Assembly: GCA_038087875.1 (NCBI GenBank)
Contig: CM075992.1
Span: 8,744,001 to 8,808,000 of the forward strand
DNA length: 64,000 bases
Direction of reading: 5' to 3'
DNA from: Malacoraja senta
Lineage: Eukaryota
Shown: one piece after another, positions 1 through 11,266 of the stretch
Layout: every line of letters begins with the position of its first letter
Numbering within the stretch: the first letter of the stretch is position 1
Notes under the pieces: generated by a model
Database searches by the model: none
Told to the model about the DNA's origin: nothing
The model's input: the letters and a program-made list of their open reading frames with translations, nothing else
Position numbers and translations under genes: made by a program

Positions 1-188
1 CCATGATCACATTGAATGGCGTTGCTGGCTCGAAGGGCCTACTCCTGCACCTATTGTCTGTAACAATATAGGAACCAAATAGGATGGAGCTTTCAACATT
101 CTTTATTCTTTACTGGAATAGGTGGAATGAGATAGAACATTTGAAACCAGCTCCCTTTGCGCACTGCAGTCCGTGCGATACCATAGCT

Positions 189-406
189 CAAGGGTTCCCA
201 ATCTGGGGGGGGAGGTAAATTTTGCCTTCGCAGGGGGTAAATTTATTGATTGTGGATTTGTACAAATTTTTTCTCATTGACTGACTGTGTTTGGTTCTGG
301 TATACCGGTATCCGTTCATCATTAGTTGTTCATAAAGAAGTGAAATAACTTCTCGTGCTATTAAAGTTGCCAGGAGTAAATGGGATGAAAAAGGTTGGGA
401 ACGCTG
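189..406. mobile_element. hAT (Charlie-like) MITE
   Basis: TIRs caagggttcccaatct / aggttgggaacgctg. Perfect 8-bp TSD CCATAGCT at 181-188 and 407-414. Confidence 0.85.
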
Positions 407-857
407 CCATAGCTGGACAGCATTCGATTAGAATCCAGTTGACTCATTTCCCAAGCACTATCGTACAATTTCCAGGAAGTCAGAAAGAGGCATCCCCATG
501 GCTTCCTCGATCTTCTTCCCATCCTCTTTCATTAAAGGCAGTGGTACATAATGACTTTCAAAGTAGGAAATGCAGATCTATTGAAAGAGTCTTTCTAATC
601 AGTGTGAAGTGACCTGTACATCAGGATCAAGGCATATTTTGCCTTGCACATGCTATGTTTTAGAATGGTTTCCTATGGAAGCCACAGTCAAACTCTCTCC
701 TCTCCTCCCCCCACCCCCCCCTACACCTCCCATCTCCATGCACCCAAAAGAATATTAATAGAGATAGATTGTACAAAACACAGGTATTCACATTGTTCCA
801 TTGCGCAGTGGATTTGTCTTAGTATCTAGACATTGTTAGAGATGTTAAAGGTCTTAC

Positions 858-921
858 CACAAAGAAAAGGATGTCCATTTGAAGACAGCTCATTCATACT
901 TCTTCAGGGAGAATCCTGTTT
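858..921 (-). other. Candidate internal exon of an unidentified divergent transcript
   Basis: Minus strand reads gcttttctttgtag|AAACAGG...TTTGTG|gtaaga (64 nt), in non-repetitive sequence. Confidence 0.4.
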
Positions 922-1726
922 CTACAAAGAAAAGCGCTGAAATATTACTTCTTACAATGCAAATGGCCACCTGAACTAATTTTAAATCGCGACAAAAACA
1001 TGGATTTCAACAAAAGGTGTAGCATCGCAAAAGGGCCTGCTCCACAATGTGACTTTCAACACTTGGTTAAGTAATTGACCGGATAACATAGTCCAGAGTA
1101 GACACAGGGACACACGTCACAGTGGCGCTGTGGTAGAGTTGCTGCCTTACAGTGCCAGAGACTCCGATTCCATCCTGACTACAGGTGCCATCTATACGGA
1201 GTTTGTTCGCTCTCCCCGTGAGTTCTCTCCGGTGTCCTCCCACACTCCAAAGACGTACAGGTTTGTAGGTTAATTGGCTTGATATAACTGTAAATTGTCC
1301 GTTGTGTGTGTAGGATAGTGTTAGTGTGTGGTGATCACTGGTCGGTGCGGACTTGGTGGGCCAAAGGGCCAGACTCCATGCCGTATCTCTGAGACTAAAA
1401 CAGCAGATGCTGGTTTACACACAAAAAAAAAAGTATTTGAGAACTCAGCAGGTAATATAGTATCTCTGGGGGACATGGATAGGTGACGTTTCCCTTCTGA
1501 GGGTATGAAGACGGATCTCGACCTGAAACACCGCTTATCCGTGTTCTCCAGAGTTGCCGCCTCACCTGCTGAGTTCTCCAGCACTGTGTTTTTTACACAA
1601 GACAGTTAACAGTAACTACTCTTCAAAGAGACATCGTTGGTTGCAAACCTTTCAAGGGCACGTACAAAATTAAAAATAGCCCTCAATATAAATGCAAGTT
1701 TTTAAAAATATCATATTGCAGTGTTA

Positions 1727-2046
1727 TAGTCCTGTCCCACGGTGCGAGTTCATTCCAAGAGCTCTCCCGAGTTTTAAAAAAATCAAACTCGTGGTAAGCA
1801 CGGAGAATGAACGTAGCTGGTACGTCGGAGCTCGGGGACGTCTCTTAGCGCTAACGGCAGGTACTCGGGAAGACTCGCTAACGGCAGGTAAGCACGGGAA
1901 GACTCGTAAAGATTTTTCAACATGTTGAAAAATGTCCACGAGAGCCCCGAGTACCGACGAGTGGCCATTCCCGTAAATCTCCGAGTTCGAATCAGGGCAA
2001 ACTCGGGAGAACTCTTGGAATGAACTCGTACCGTGGGACAGGGGTT
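1727..2046. mobile_element. PIF/Harbinger-type MITE
   Basis: Long TIRs cctgtcccacggt(g/a)cgagttcattccaagag..., TTA on both sides. Near-identical inverted copy at 22912-23231. Confidence 0.8.
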
Positions 2047-5000
2047 TTATGCTGCTACCAAGGTTTAGCTGTCTTGCTTTGAGGCCATAAAATCAAATGA
2101 TTATTAACTCAACACTCCACATCCGACTTTGCACTGTCAAGTAACGTGTGAGTTCACTGGAAAGCGGTTGTGAAATGCCAGCTCCAGACAGTGCACACTT
2201 GGTTCTCATTTATAGCCAGCAGCATAATCAAGGACAAGTCCCATCCTGGTCACTCCCTCTTCTCCCCTCTCCCATCAGGCAAGAGGTACAGAAGTGTGAA
2301 AACGCACACCTCCAGATTGAGAGACAGTTTCTTCCCAGCTGTTATCAGGCAACTGAACCATCAACCAGCAACTAGAGAGCTATCCTACCTATCTACACAT
2401 TGAAGACCCTAGGACAATCCTTAACCGGACTTTACCTTGCACTAAGGTAGACAAAAATGCTGGAGCAACTCAGCGGGTACGGCAGCATCTATGGAGCGAA
2501 GGAAATAGGCAACGTTTCGGGCCAAAACCCTTCTTCAGACTGATGTAGGGTGGGGGGGGGCGGGAAGAAGAAAGGAAGAGGAGGAGCCAGAGGGCTGAGG
2601 GAGAGCTGAGAAGGGGAGGAGACAGTGAGGGCTACCTGAAGTTGGAGAAGTCAATGTTCATGCCTCTGGGGTATAAACTGCCCAAGCGAAATATGAGGTA
2701 CTCCTCCAATTTCTGGTGGTCCTCACTCTGGCCATGGAGGAGGCCCAGGACAGAAGGGTCAGAGCTTTTCCCTAAATCTATGCACTGTGGGCGGCCTGAC
2801 TGAAATCATATATAGTCTTTTCACTGACTGTTTAGAGCGCAAGAAAAAGCTTTCTGTTTCAGTTTATTGTCGCTTGTACCGAGGTACAGTGAAAAGCTTT
2901 TGTTGCGTGCTATCCAGTCAGCGGAAAGACAATACATGATTACAATCGCATGATTACAATGTACAGATACATAATGTTTAGTGCAAGGTAATGCAAGTAA
3001 AGTCCGATCAAGGTTAGTCTGAGGGTCACCAAAGAGGTAGTTAGTAGTTCAGCAGTTCAGGTCAGTAGTTCACTGTACCTCTGTACACGTGGCAATAAAT
3101 TAAACTACTCTATATTAAGACTGCATTATATAATGGTCAGGTAATCCCGTGCTACCTGCTCCATGGTCGGAGGAGTTTCAAGGAAAATGTAGAATAAATC
3201 ATTGTTAGCTAGGTTTGCCAGGTGAGGAGGGGGCTGTGGACCCCCAGCAGGACCAAAAACAAGACCTGTCAAAGGGCGGATAAGCTTCCAGCGAGCCATC
3301 GGCCATCCACACCTCAGTAGAAGTTGCGATCACTGTCGTACATAGCATTGTAAGGCCCGTTGATGTTTTCAACGATGATGATGATGCATTATATTTTCCA
3401 CCAGTTGCAAAATAATGTCCAGAGAACAACAGATATTGTCTGTGCCCAAGAGCCATTTCCATTATACTGCTTACTGGCCTGTCACTAACATTAGAGTAAA
3501 CCAGAACCCATATTGGGCTTTTGAGCAATTATGCCAACAGCATTAAAAGTCGACATGCACATCCCACCCCTAGCACGTTACAATCCTGTTGCACAAAAAT
3601 TAAATCCATGGTATTTCACAAAAAAACGCATTTGGTTACAAGCAGCACCTCGCTTTCAAAGTTTTGAGGTCTGAAGAAGGGTCTCAACCCGAAACGTCAC
3701 CCATTCCTTCTCTACAGAGATGCTGCCTGACCCGCTGAGTTACTCCAGCTTTTTGTGTCTATCTTTTTGAGATTATCATTTAGCTAATGTGCATCGAGTG
3801 ACAATTTGTTAGATGCTGTGGACATTTCCACTGGAGACTATAACGAACAACACACATCCTCAAACTAAATAGTTTATAGTCTATTGTCGCATGCACTGAA
3901 GTACAGTGAAAAGCTTTTTTGTTGCATGCTAACCAGTGGAACGATCAGATGGTTATATCAAGCCGTCCACAGCGTACAGATACTGGATAAAGGGAATAAC
4001 ATTTAATGCGTGATAAAGCCCGGTAATGTCCGATTAAAGATAGTCCGAAGTAGATGGGAGGAATGCTTTTTCACACTTCTGTCCCTCTTGCCTGATGGGT
4101 GAGGGGAGAAGAGGGAGTGCCCGGGGTGAGACTGGTCCTTGATTATGCTGCTGGCCTTGCCGAGATAGGGTGAAGTGTCAGACTTCCATTCATTCTTTGG
4201 CAAGTTCGTTCATCTCATTCAATGTCAGTCTTATTTCAGAGGAGTAGAGTTTCTGCCCCTGAACACTGTGAACCATGGATCCAAAATCAGGATGCCACAC
4301 TGCTTTGTGTGCTTTGATGCCACACGGAGATATCACAGCATGTTTAACAGCAGCTCCAGGCCAACCCTGTGTCACCGAGCCAGGACAGGGACTTTAAGGC
4401 AAAGATATGATGCTACATTTTTAACTTCGAACTTGGAGACACAAGATGGTGCCAGAAACACGGTGACTCTACAGTTTGAGGGGCACAGTGGCGCAGTGGT
4501 AGAGTTGCTGCCTCACTGCGCCACAAACCCGGGTTCCATCCTGACTACGGGTGCTGTCTGTACGGAGTTTGTACGCTCTCCCCATGACCGTGTGGGTTTT
4601 CTCCGGGATCTCCAGTTTTCTCCCACACTCCAAAAGGCATACAGGTTTGTAGATTAAGTGGCTTGGTATAATTGTGTGTGGGGATTGCTGGTCAGCACGG
4701 ACTCGGTGGGCTGAAGGGCCTGTATCTCTAAACTAAACCACGCGACTGCCTCAATGTAATGTACAATTACCATTTTAAACTTGGATTGAATTGTGCTTAA
4801 GTTTACTAAATTGTAAGCAAACAAGAACTTGACTGTACCGAGATACATGTGACATTAAAGTACCATTGAACAATGAATGTTTCAGCATCCAGATTGTACT
4901 ACCATGGGGGATTAGAATAGTTATGTACAATGCAAATTTGTATCATAATGGACAAAACAAAAAAACATTATTGAATGCAATGGGGAAATTATAAATGAGT

Positions 5001-5142
5001 TTAGATTTTTTTTTCAAAAGCAACATTAGTTGATAATTAGAACAATAATATTATTATCATTCTAACCTTCAACTAATGCTGCTTTTGTAAAAAAAAAAAT
5101 TCTATACATCTACATTGAGTTAGTCACAGTGTAAACATAGTG

Positions 5143-5331
5143 AGCCTGTCCCACTTTGGCGACTCTAGGCAACTGCCAGGGACTAATTTTAATGGAATTC
5201 ACTGACAACACCTGGCGACAACCTACGACAACAAAAATTGTCGCCATTGCCCTGGAAATTTTTCAACATGTTGAAAATTTTGTGGCAATCGCCTGCAGTC
5301 GCCCAAAAAATCGCCTAGGTGGGACAGGCCC
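5143..5331. mobile_element. Harbinger-type MITE
   Basis: gcctgtcccact...gtgggacaggc TIRs, and shares the core ttttcaacatgttgaaaa with 1727-2046. Confidence 0.65.
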
Positions 5332-7679
5332 ATAACTGCCATTTTGTTCATATTAGAAACCAGCCTGTCTATTTCTGAGCTCTTGGGCAAAACGCCAACA
5401 ATTTTGAGACACCTTTGACATCGATCACTTCATTTTCACAGCAATTCCTATCCACCCTAGCGACCAGTACTGGCCTGGACAGAAAGGTTAAGGTGACAGA
5501 GGACTTTCTACTTTCCTATCCAAGTTGGAATCAAGATAATGTTGCTGATCTTTCAGTCTCTGCCTCTTTCCAAAGTTCAATATCAGTTACTACTCTAGTC
5601 ATACAGCATGGCAACAGGCCCTTCGGCCCAACTTGCCCACACCAACCAACATGTGCCAGCTACCCCAGTCCCACCTGCCTGCGTTTGGTCCACATCCCTC
5701 TAAACCTGTCCTATCCATGTACCTGTCCAAATGTTTCACTATCTTTTATGAAATATCCAGAATAACTAGCAAGGACATTGCCAAATCACAGGCTTCACTG
5801 TTTGACCTGTACGACATCAATAGATCTTAGCTTTCACAGCAACAAGAGCTCTTAAACTAGAGCAAGAGGGAGATCTAGCTGAGGAATTGTTCCCTACTAG
5901 TCACGATTGCCAGACAGGGCAGAATCAGGCCCAAGGAGACTGCAGGTGCTATCATCTTGAGCAAAACACAAAGTGCTCAAGCCAGCATTATCCGAGACCA
6001 ACAGCACCCCTGCCATCGCGAAGAAGGTACAGGAGCCTGAAAACTGTAACATCCAGGTTCAAGAACAGCTTCTTCCCTACAGTACAATTATTGTACTATT
6101 ACAGCGTGAGTGTGTGTGTGAGTGGGTGTGGGTGTGAGTGTGTGAGAGATTTCATTGTTCTATCTGGGACATGTGACAATAAAACACTCTCTTGAACTCA
6201 GATTAGGCACTATATGTGGAGGGAATGGATAGGTGACATTTTAAGTCGGGACCGTTCTTCAGACTGATGGAGCGGGGGGGGGGGGGGGGGAGAGAAAGTC
6301 AGAAAAGAGAGGTGGGGTGGAACAACACTGGCGAGTGATAGGTGGGTACAGGGGGAGTGATTGGTAAATGGGTGGAGGCAATAAAGGGAAGAGGTGAAAA
6401 GGAGACAAAATGGTGTCAGATAAGGAGAAGAGGGGGATGTGGGAAGCTATGGGCTCTCGCATGGGCCCCAGGTGCGCCATTTTATTGTTGGTGACGTTGA
6501 ACACTCTTTCCAAATGAGCCCCTGCAATATTCTGCTGAGTTCCTCCAGCACGTGTTTTATCTCAGAATCAGGCCCAGCTTTGATTTCCCCCACCCAAACA
6601 CTCACAATTAAAAAGGCAGCTTGATAGACTGTGGAACATATACGGTGGGATTGCTCCCCAGAACCAGCATCTTTGGGAGACACAGGGGTGAAGATAGAAG
6701 TAAACCTGAAATTGTGCACCGCATCTGGTCCTTGAATCGCTGTTCATCAGCGTAGTCAAATCTCGCCTAGTCAGAAACATCCATCACTTAGTTCACTGTG
6801 AAGGAAGGAACTGCAGATGATGGTTTACACCGAAGATAGACACAAAATGCTGGCGTAACTCAGCGGGACAGGCAGCATCTCTGGGGAGAAGGAACGAGTG
6901 ACGTTTCAGGTCGAGGCCCTTCTTCACACTGAGTCAGGGGCGAGGGAGACACAGAGATAAGCAAGTGCAAGGTGTGACATCAAAGGTGTGCGTGCAAGGT
7001 GTGACATCACGAGACATCAAAGAAGATGAGTGTCAAGGAAAATGTAGAATAGATCATCATTAGCTAGGAGAAGATGACAATGAAACAGGGATAAAACGTA
7101 ACCAAGGGGACAGTCAGACTGGTCTGAGAACTTGGAAGGAGGGGGGATGGAGAGAGGGAAAGCAAGGGTTACTTGGAAGTTAGAGAAGTCAATGTTCATA
7201 CCGCTGGGGTGTAAGCTGCCCAAGCGAAATACAAGGCGCTATTTCTCCAATTTGCACTGGGCCTCGCTCTGACAGTGGAAGAGGCCCAGGACAGAAAGGT
7301 CAGTGTGGGAACGGGAGGGGTAGTTAAAGTATTTAGCAACCGGGAGATCAGGTAGGTTTAGGCAGACTAAGCGAAGGTGTGAAGCCAAGGAATGCTGTTC
7401 CTCTCTGTAATGGTCACTGTGAAACCAAGGACTGCTGTCTCTCTTTGTAATAGGCAACCCACCCAAAGGACATTTTGTGCAGAAACACTATATGCTAAAA
7501 CACCACTTTCCAGTTAAAAGGGTGTGGTAGCTGTTGTCAAAGAATGGAATTTGAAAGCAGGGCAAGAGAAAATGGGGCATATTTCACATTTTACAAGAAA
7601 GTTCAACCAACAGCCTAAAAGAGCAAGAAAGGATGAGCTGATATATTGAATGTAACCATCTTGAAAGTCCTCAATAACA

Positions 7680-7899
7680 GGTGGACAAAATTGCTGGAGA
7701 AACTCAGCGGGTGCGGCAGCATCTATGGAGCGAAGGAAATAGGCAACGTTTCGGGCTGAAACCCTTCTTCAGACCCAATACGTTTCGGCCCGAAACGTTG
7801 CCTATTTCCTTCGCTCCATAGATGCTGTCTCACCCGCTGAGTTTCTCCAGCAATTTTGTCTACCTTCGATTTTCCAGCATCTGCAGTTCCTTCTTGAAC
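7680..7899. mobile_element. Fold-back Penelope pseudo-LTR insertion
   Basis: Two inverted arms, flanked by agtcctcaataaca (7666-7679 / 7900-7913). Confidence 0.8.
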
Positions 7900-8364
7900 A
7901 GTCCTCAATAACACTCAAGAAACACATGAATGAATAAATCACACAAATATAAATCTCAGTTCAGAACACAGAAGGCAATGAGAATGCTTATGTATAGAAC
8001 ATATATTTCTGACAGGTCATGTTAAAAGTGGACTAAACAATTGTTAGGCTACCTCTGGGTAACACACAAGGATCTGCAGATGCTGGAGTAACTCAAAAGG
8101 CCAGGCAGCATCTCTGGAGAACAGTGATAGGCGATGTTTCAGGTCAGGATCTTTCTTCGGGTGTGAAGGGTCCCGACCCAATACATCATCCATCCACGTT
8201 CTCCAGAGATGCGGCCTAAGGCTCTGAGTTACTCAGGCACTTTGAGGATTAAGTCAGCCACCTGGTTGAAGGGTAAGAAGAGATTTGAGAATATAAAATG
8301 TGTCCGCAAAGCAGGAAATTCAATACAGAAAGCCACAACCTATTTCAGAATATACCTGGTGGAC

Positions 8365-9757
8365 ATTTCAGGGCACCATAATGTTTGGAACACATGGCTT
8401 CACAGGTGTTTGTAATTGTTCAGGTGTTTAATTGCCTCCTTAATGCAGGTATAAGAGAGCTCTCAGCACCTAGTCTTTCCATCACCTTTGGAAACTTTTA
8501 TTGCTGTTTATCAACATGAGGACCAAGGTTATGCCAATGAGAGTCAAAGAAGCCATTATGAGACTGAGAAACAAGAATAAAACTGTTAGAGACATCAGCC
8601 AAACCTTAGGCTTACCAAAATCAACTGTTTGGAACATCATTAAGAAGAAAGAGAGCACTGGTGAGCTTACTAATCACAAAGGGACTGGCAGGTCAAGGTA
8701 GACCTGCTGATGACAGAAGAATTCTCTCTATAATAAAGAAAAATCCCCAAACACCTGTCTGACAGATCAGAAACATTCTTCAGGAGTCAGGTGTGGATTT
8801 GTCAATGACCACTGTCCGCTGAAGACTTCATGAACAGAAATACAGAGGCTACATGGCAAGATGCAAACCACTGGTTAGCCGCAAAAATAGGGTTACAGTG
8901 TGCCAAGAAGTACTTAAAAGAGCAATCACAGTTCTAGAAAAAGGTCTTGTGGACAGATGAGATGAAGATAAACTTATATCAGAGTGATGGCAAGAGCTAA
9001 GTATGGAGGAGAGAAGGAACTGCCCAAGATCCAAAGCATACCACCTCATCTGTGAAACACGGTGGTGGGGGTGTTATGGCCTCGGAATGTACGGCTCACT
9101 TATCTTCATTGCTGATACAACTGCTGATGGTAGTAGCATAATGAATTCTAAAGGGTATAGACACATCCTATCTGCTCAAAGTTAATACTTATAGCCATTC
9201 CTTTCTCTCTCCATCCCCTTCCCAGTTCTCCCACTAGTTTTACTGTATCCGCCAACACTCTATCTTTGTCCCGCCCCCTCCCCTGACATCAGTTTGAAGA
9301 AGGGTCTCGACCCGGAATGTCACCCATTCCTTCTCTCCAGAGATGCTGCCTCACCCGCTGAATTATCCCAAACATACTGCTAAAGCAACAAAGGAGTTTT
9401 TCAAAGCTAAAAAATGGTCAATTCTTGAATGGTCAAGTCAATCACCCGATCTGAACCCAATTGAGCATGCCTTTTATATGCTGAAGAGAAAACTGAAGGG
9501 GACTAGCCCCCAAAAACAAGCATAAGCTAAAGATGGCTGCAATACAGGCCTGGCAGAGCATCACCAGAGAAGACTATGTATAAACACAGCTGTAATCTCT
9601 TAATGGTGAAACCAAAATGTATAAAAATGGCCTTTAATAAAATCTGACAATGTGCACTTTAACCACATGTGATTTTTTTTCTTATTACAAATCTCAAATT
9701 GTGGAGTACAGAGGCAAATAAATAAAAGATGGGTCTTTGTCCCAAACACTATGGAGG
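8365..9757 (+). mobile_element. Tc1 transposon, degenerate and end-truncated, with a Penelope-tail insertion at about 9190-9365
   Basis: HTH segment (KTVRDISQTLGLPKSTVWNI), VKHGGG and SQSPDLNPIEH motifs. Same family as 52622-54140. Confidence 0.88.
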
Positions 9758-9939
9758 ATGCTAGTAAGTGGTGGATGTTTCTGACGAGGCGAGATTTGAC
9801 TACGCTGATGAAAAGCGATTGAAGGTGCACAATTTCACCCACAATGGCAAAAGAAAGAGCTTTTCTTCTGTAAAACCCCCGAGGGGAATCTCAAATGGCT
9901 CTTTCTTCAAACAGAATTCCAGCTGGAGGGTGGGCTTCC

Positions 9940-10800
9940 CCGGGGCTGTGCGGGGGCTGAGTGGGCAGGGGGGTGGGTGGGGATGACTGCGGTGTGAAGG
10001 GACGGGAGTGGCGGGGATGTCGGGCCCGGAGATGGGGAGGGCGGGTTTGGGGAGATGGGGACGGCGGGTTTGGGGAGATGGGGACGGCGGCGGTGGGTGA
10101 TGGAGACCGGGGGCGGAGGTGGAGGTGGAGGCCGAGGTCCGGGGGCAGCCGGCGGGGTAGGAGGGAGGGGAACGGGGGGGGGGGGGAGCGTCCTCGGGCC
10201 GAGGCGCCGCCGCTTAGGCCGGGACTCTCACTAGCGTCCGCTGTTAAAGGTGCTCCGCCATCGCCGTCTCTCCACCCGGCGCTTTAGGCCGAGAGCGCAT
10301 CCAAGCCGCTCCGTTCCTTCTCCCCGCTGCCGTCGCCGCCTCGGCCGTTCGCGTCGCTCCTCTCCCTCTCTCAGGGGGGAAAAAACAACCGCAGAGCAGG
10401 CGATCGCGGCGGCCGCCTGAGCCGGGCGCAGGCGCAGAACCGCCCCCGGATGCCCCAGCTGTTGGTTGACCGGCGGCCGGCGCGGTGGGGGGATCTGCGC
10501 AAGCGCGGGGCTGCGGGGCTGCGGGGCACCACGCAGGCGCAGAGCGGAGAGGGAGGAGCTGCGGGGCACCGCGCAGGCGCAGAGGGAAGAGCTGTTGTAG
10601 GAGTCGCGCATGCGCGGGGCAGACTGCCAGTTGGACGGACGGACGGACGGTTGGTACGGAAGCCCGGGGAGGTCGGTACGTCCGTCGGTCGGTGCCCGGG
10701 TTCCGCGGTCCGTCTCCCTCCCGCCTCACTCCACTCCCGGCCGGCAGCATGAGTGTGGATAAGGCGGAGCTCTGCGACAGTCTGCTGCTATGGGTGAGTG
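9940..10800. promoter_or_regulatory. CpG island / HOOK2 promoter, probably bidirectional, with NRF1-type motifs
   Basis: Very GC- and CpG-rich against an AT-rich background. Palindrome CGCGCATGCGCG at 10605-10616, GCGCAGGCGCAG-like sites at 10426, 10531 and 10571. Confidence 0.8.
10749..10793 (+). CDS. HOOK2: HOOK2 coding exon 1 (MSVDKAELCDSLLLW)
   Basis: Matches the vertebrate HOOK2 N-terminus (human MSVDKAELCGSLLTW). ATG context agcATG, GTGAGT donor at 10794, inside a CpG island. Confidence 0.93.
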
Positions 10801-11238
10801 GGTGGTGGGGGACGAGGGAGCAAGGGGAGAGTGAGTGAGGGGTAGGGGGTAGGGGGTAGGGGAGAGGGGAGGGAGGGTGGAGAGAGAGAAAATGGGGGCA
10901 AAGGGTAAAGGTGTGGAATGGATGGTGGGGGAGGGGAGGGGCGGTGGGGGCAAGGGAAGGGGTAAGAGATGGGGGTGTGAGGGGCGCAAGGCTCTCACCC
11001 CAACCACAGACTTTACCCCCCTCCCATCCCGGAGGCGCTACAGGTCTCTCCGTTGCCGGACCAGCAGGTTCAGGAACAGCCACTTCCCTGCGGCTGTTAC
11101 CCGACTTAACTCTGCACCTTGGTGATTGCCAGTCATCCCCCCTCGCCGGACACTCCTTCCCCCAGTGACTGATCTCCCCCCCCCCCCCCCCGAAATTTGC
11201 ACTACTGCTACTGTATATACATATATATATATATATGT

Positions 11239-11266
11239 CTGAAGAAGGGTTTCGGCCCGAAACGTT
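11239..11266 (+). ncRNA. Minimal hammerhead ribozyme-like motif (Penelope-associated), representative copy
   Basis: CUGAAGA-A-GGGU(UUCG)GCCC-GAAAC-GUU: core boxes, stem II and palindromic AACGUU. Stem I is very short. Confidence 0.55.

Noticed and set aside
3205..3528. 107-aa minus-strand ORF and nearby exon-like segment 3475-3585
   Set aside because: The ORF overlaps a repeat-like element with no recognisable domain, and the exon-like segment has stops in all three frames.
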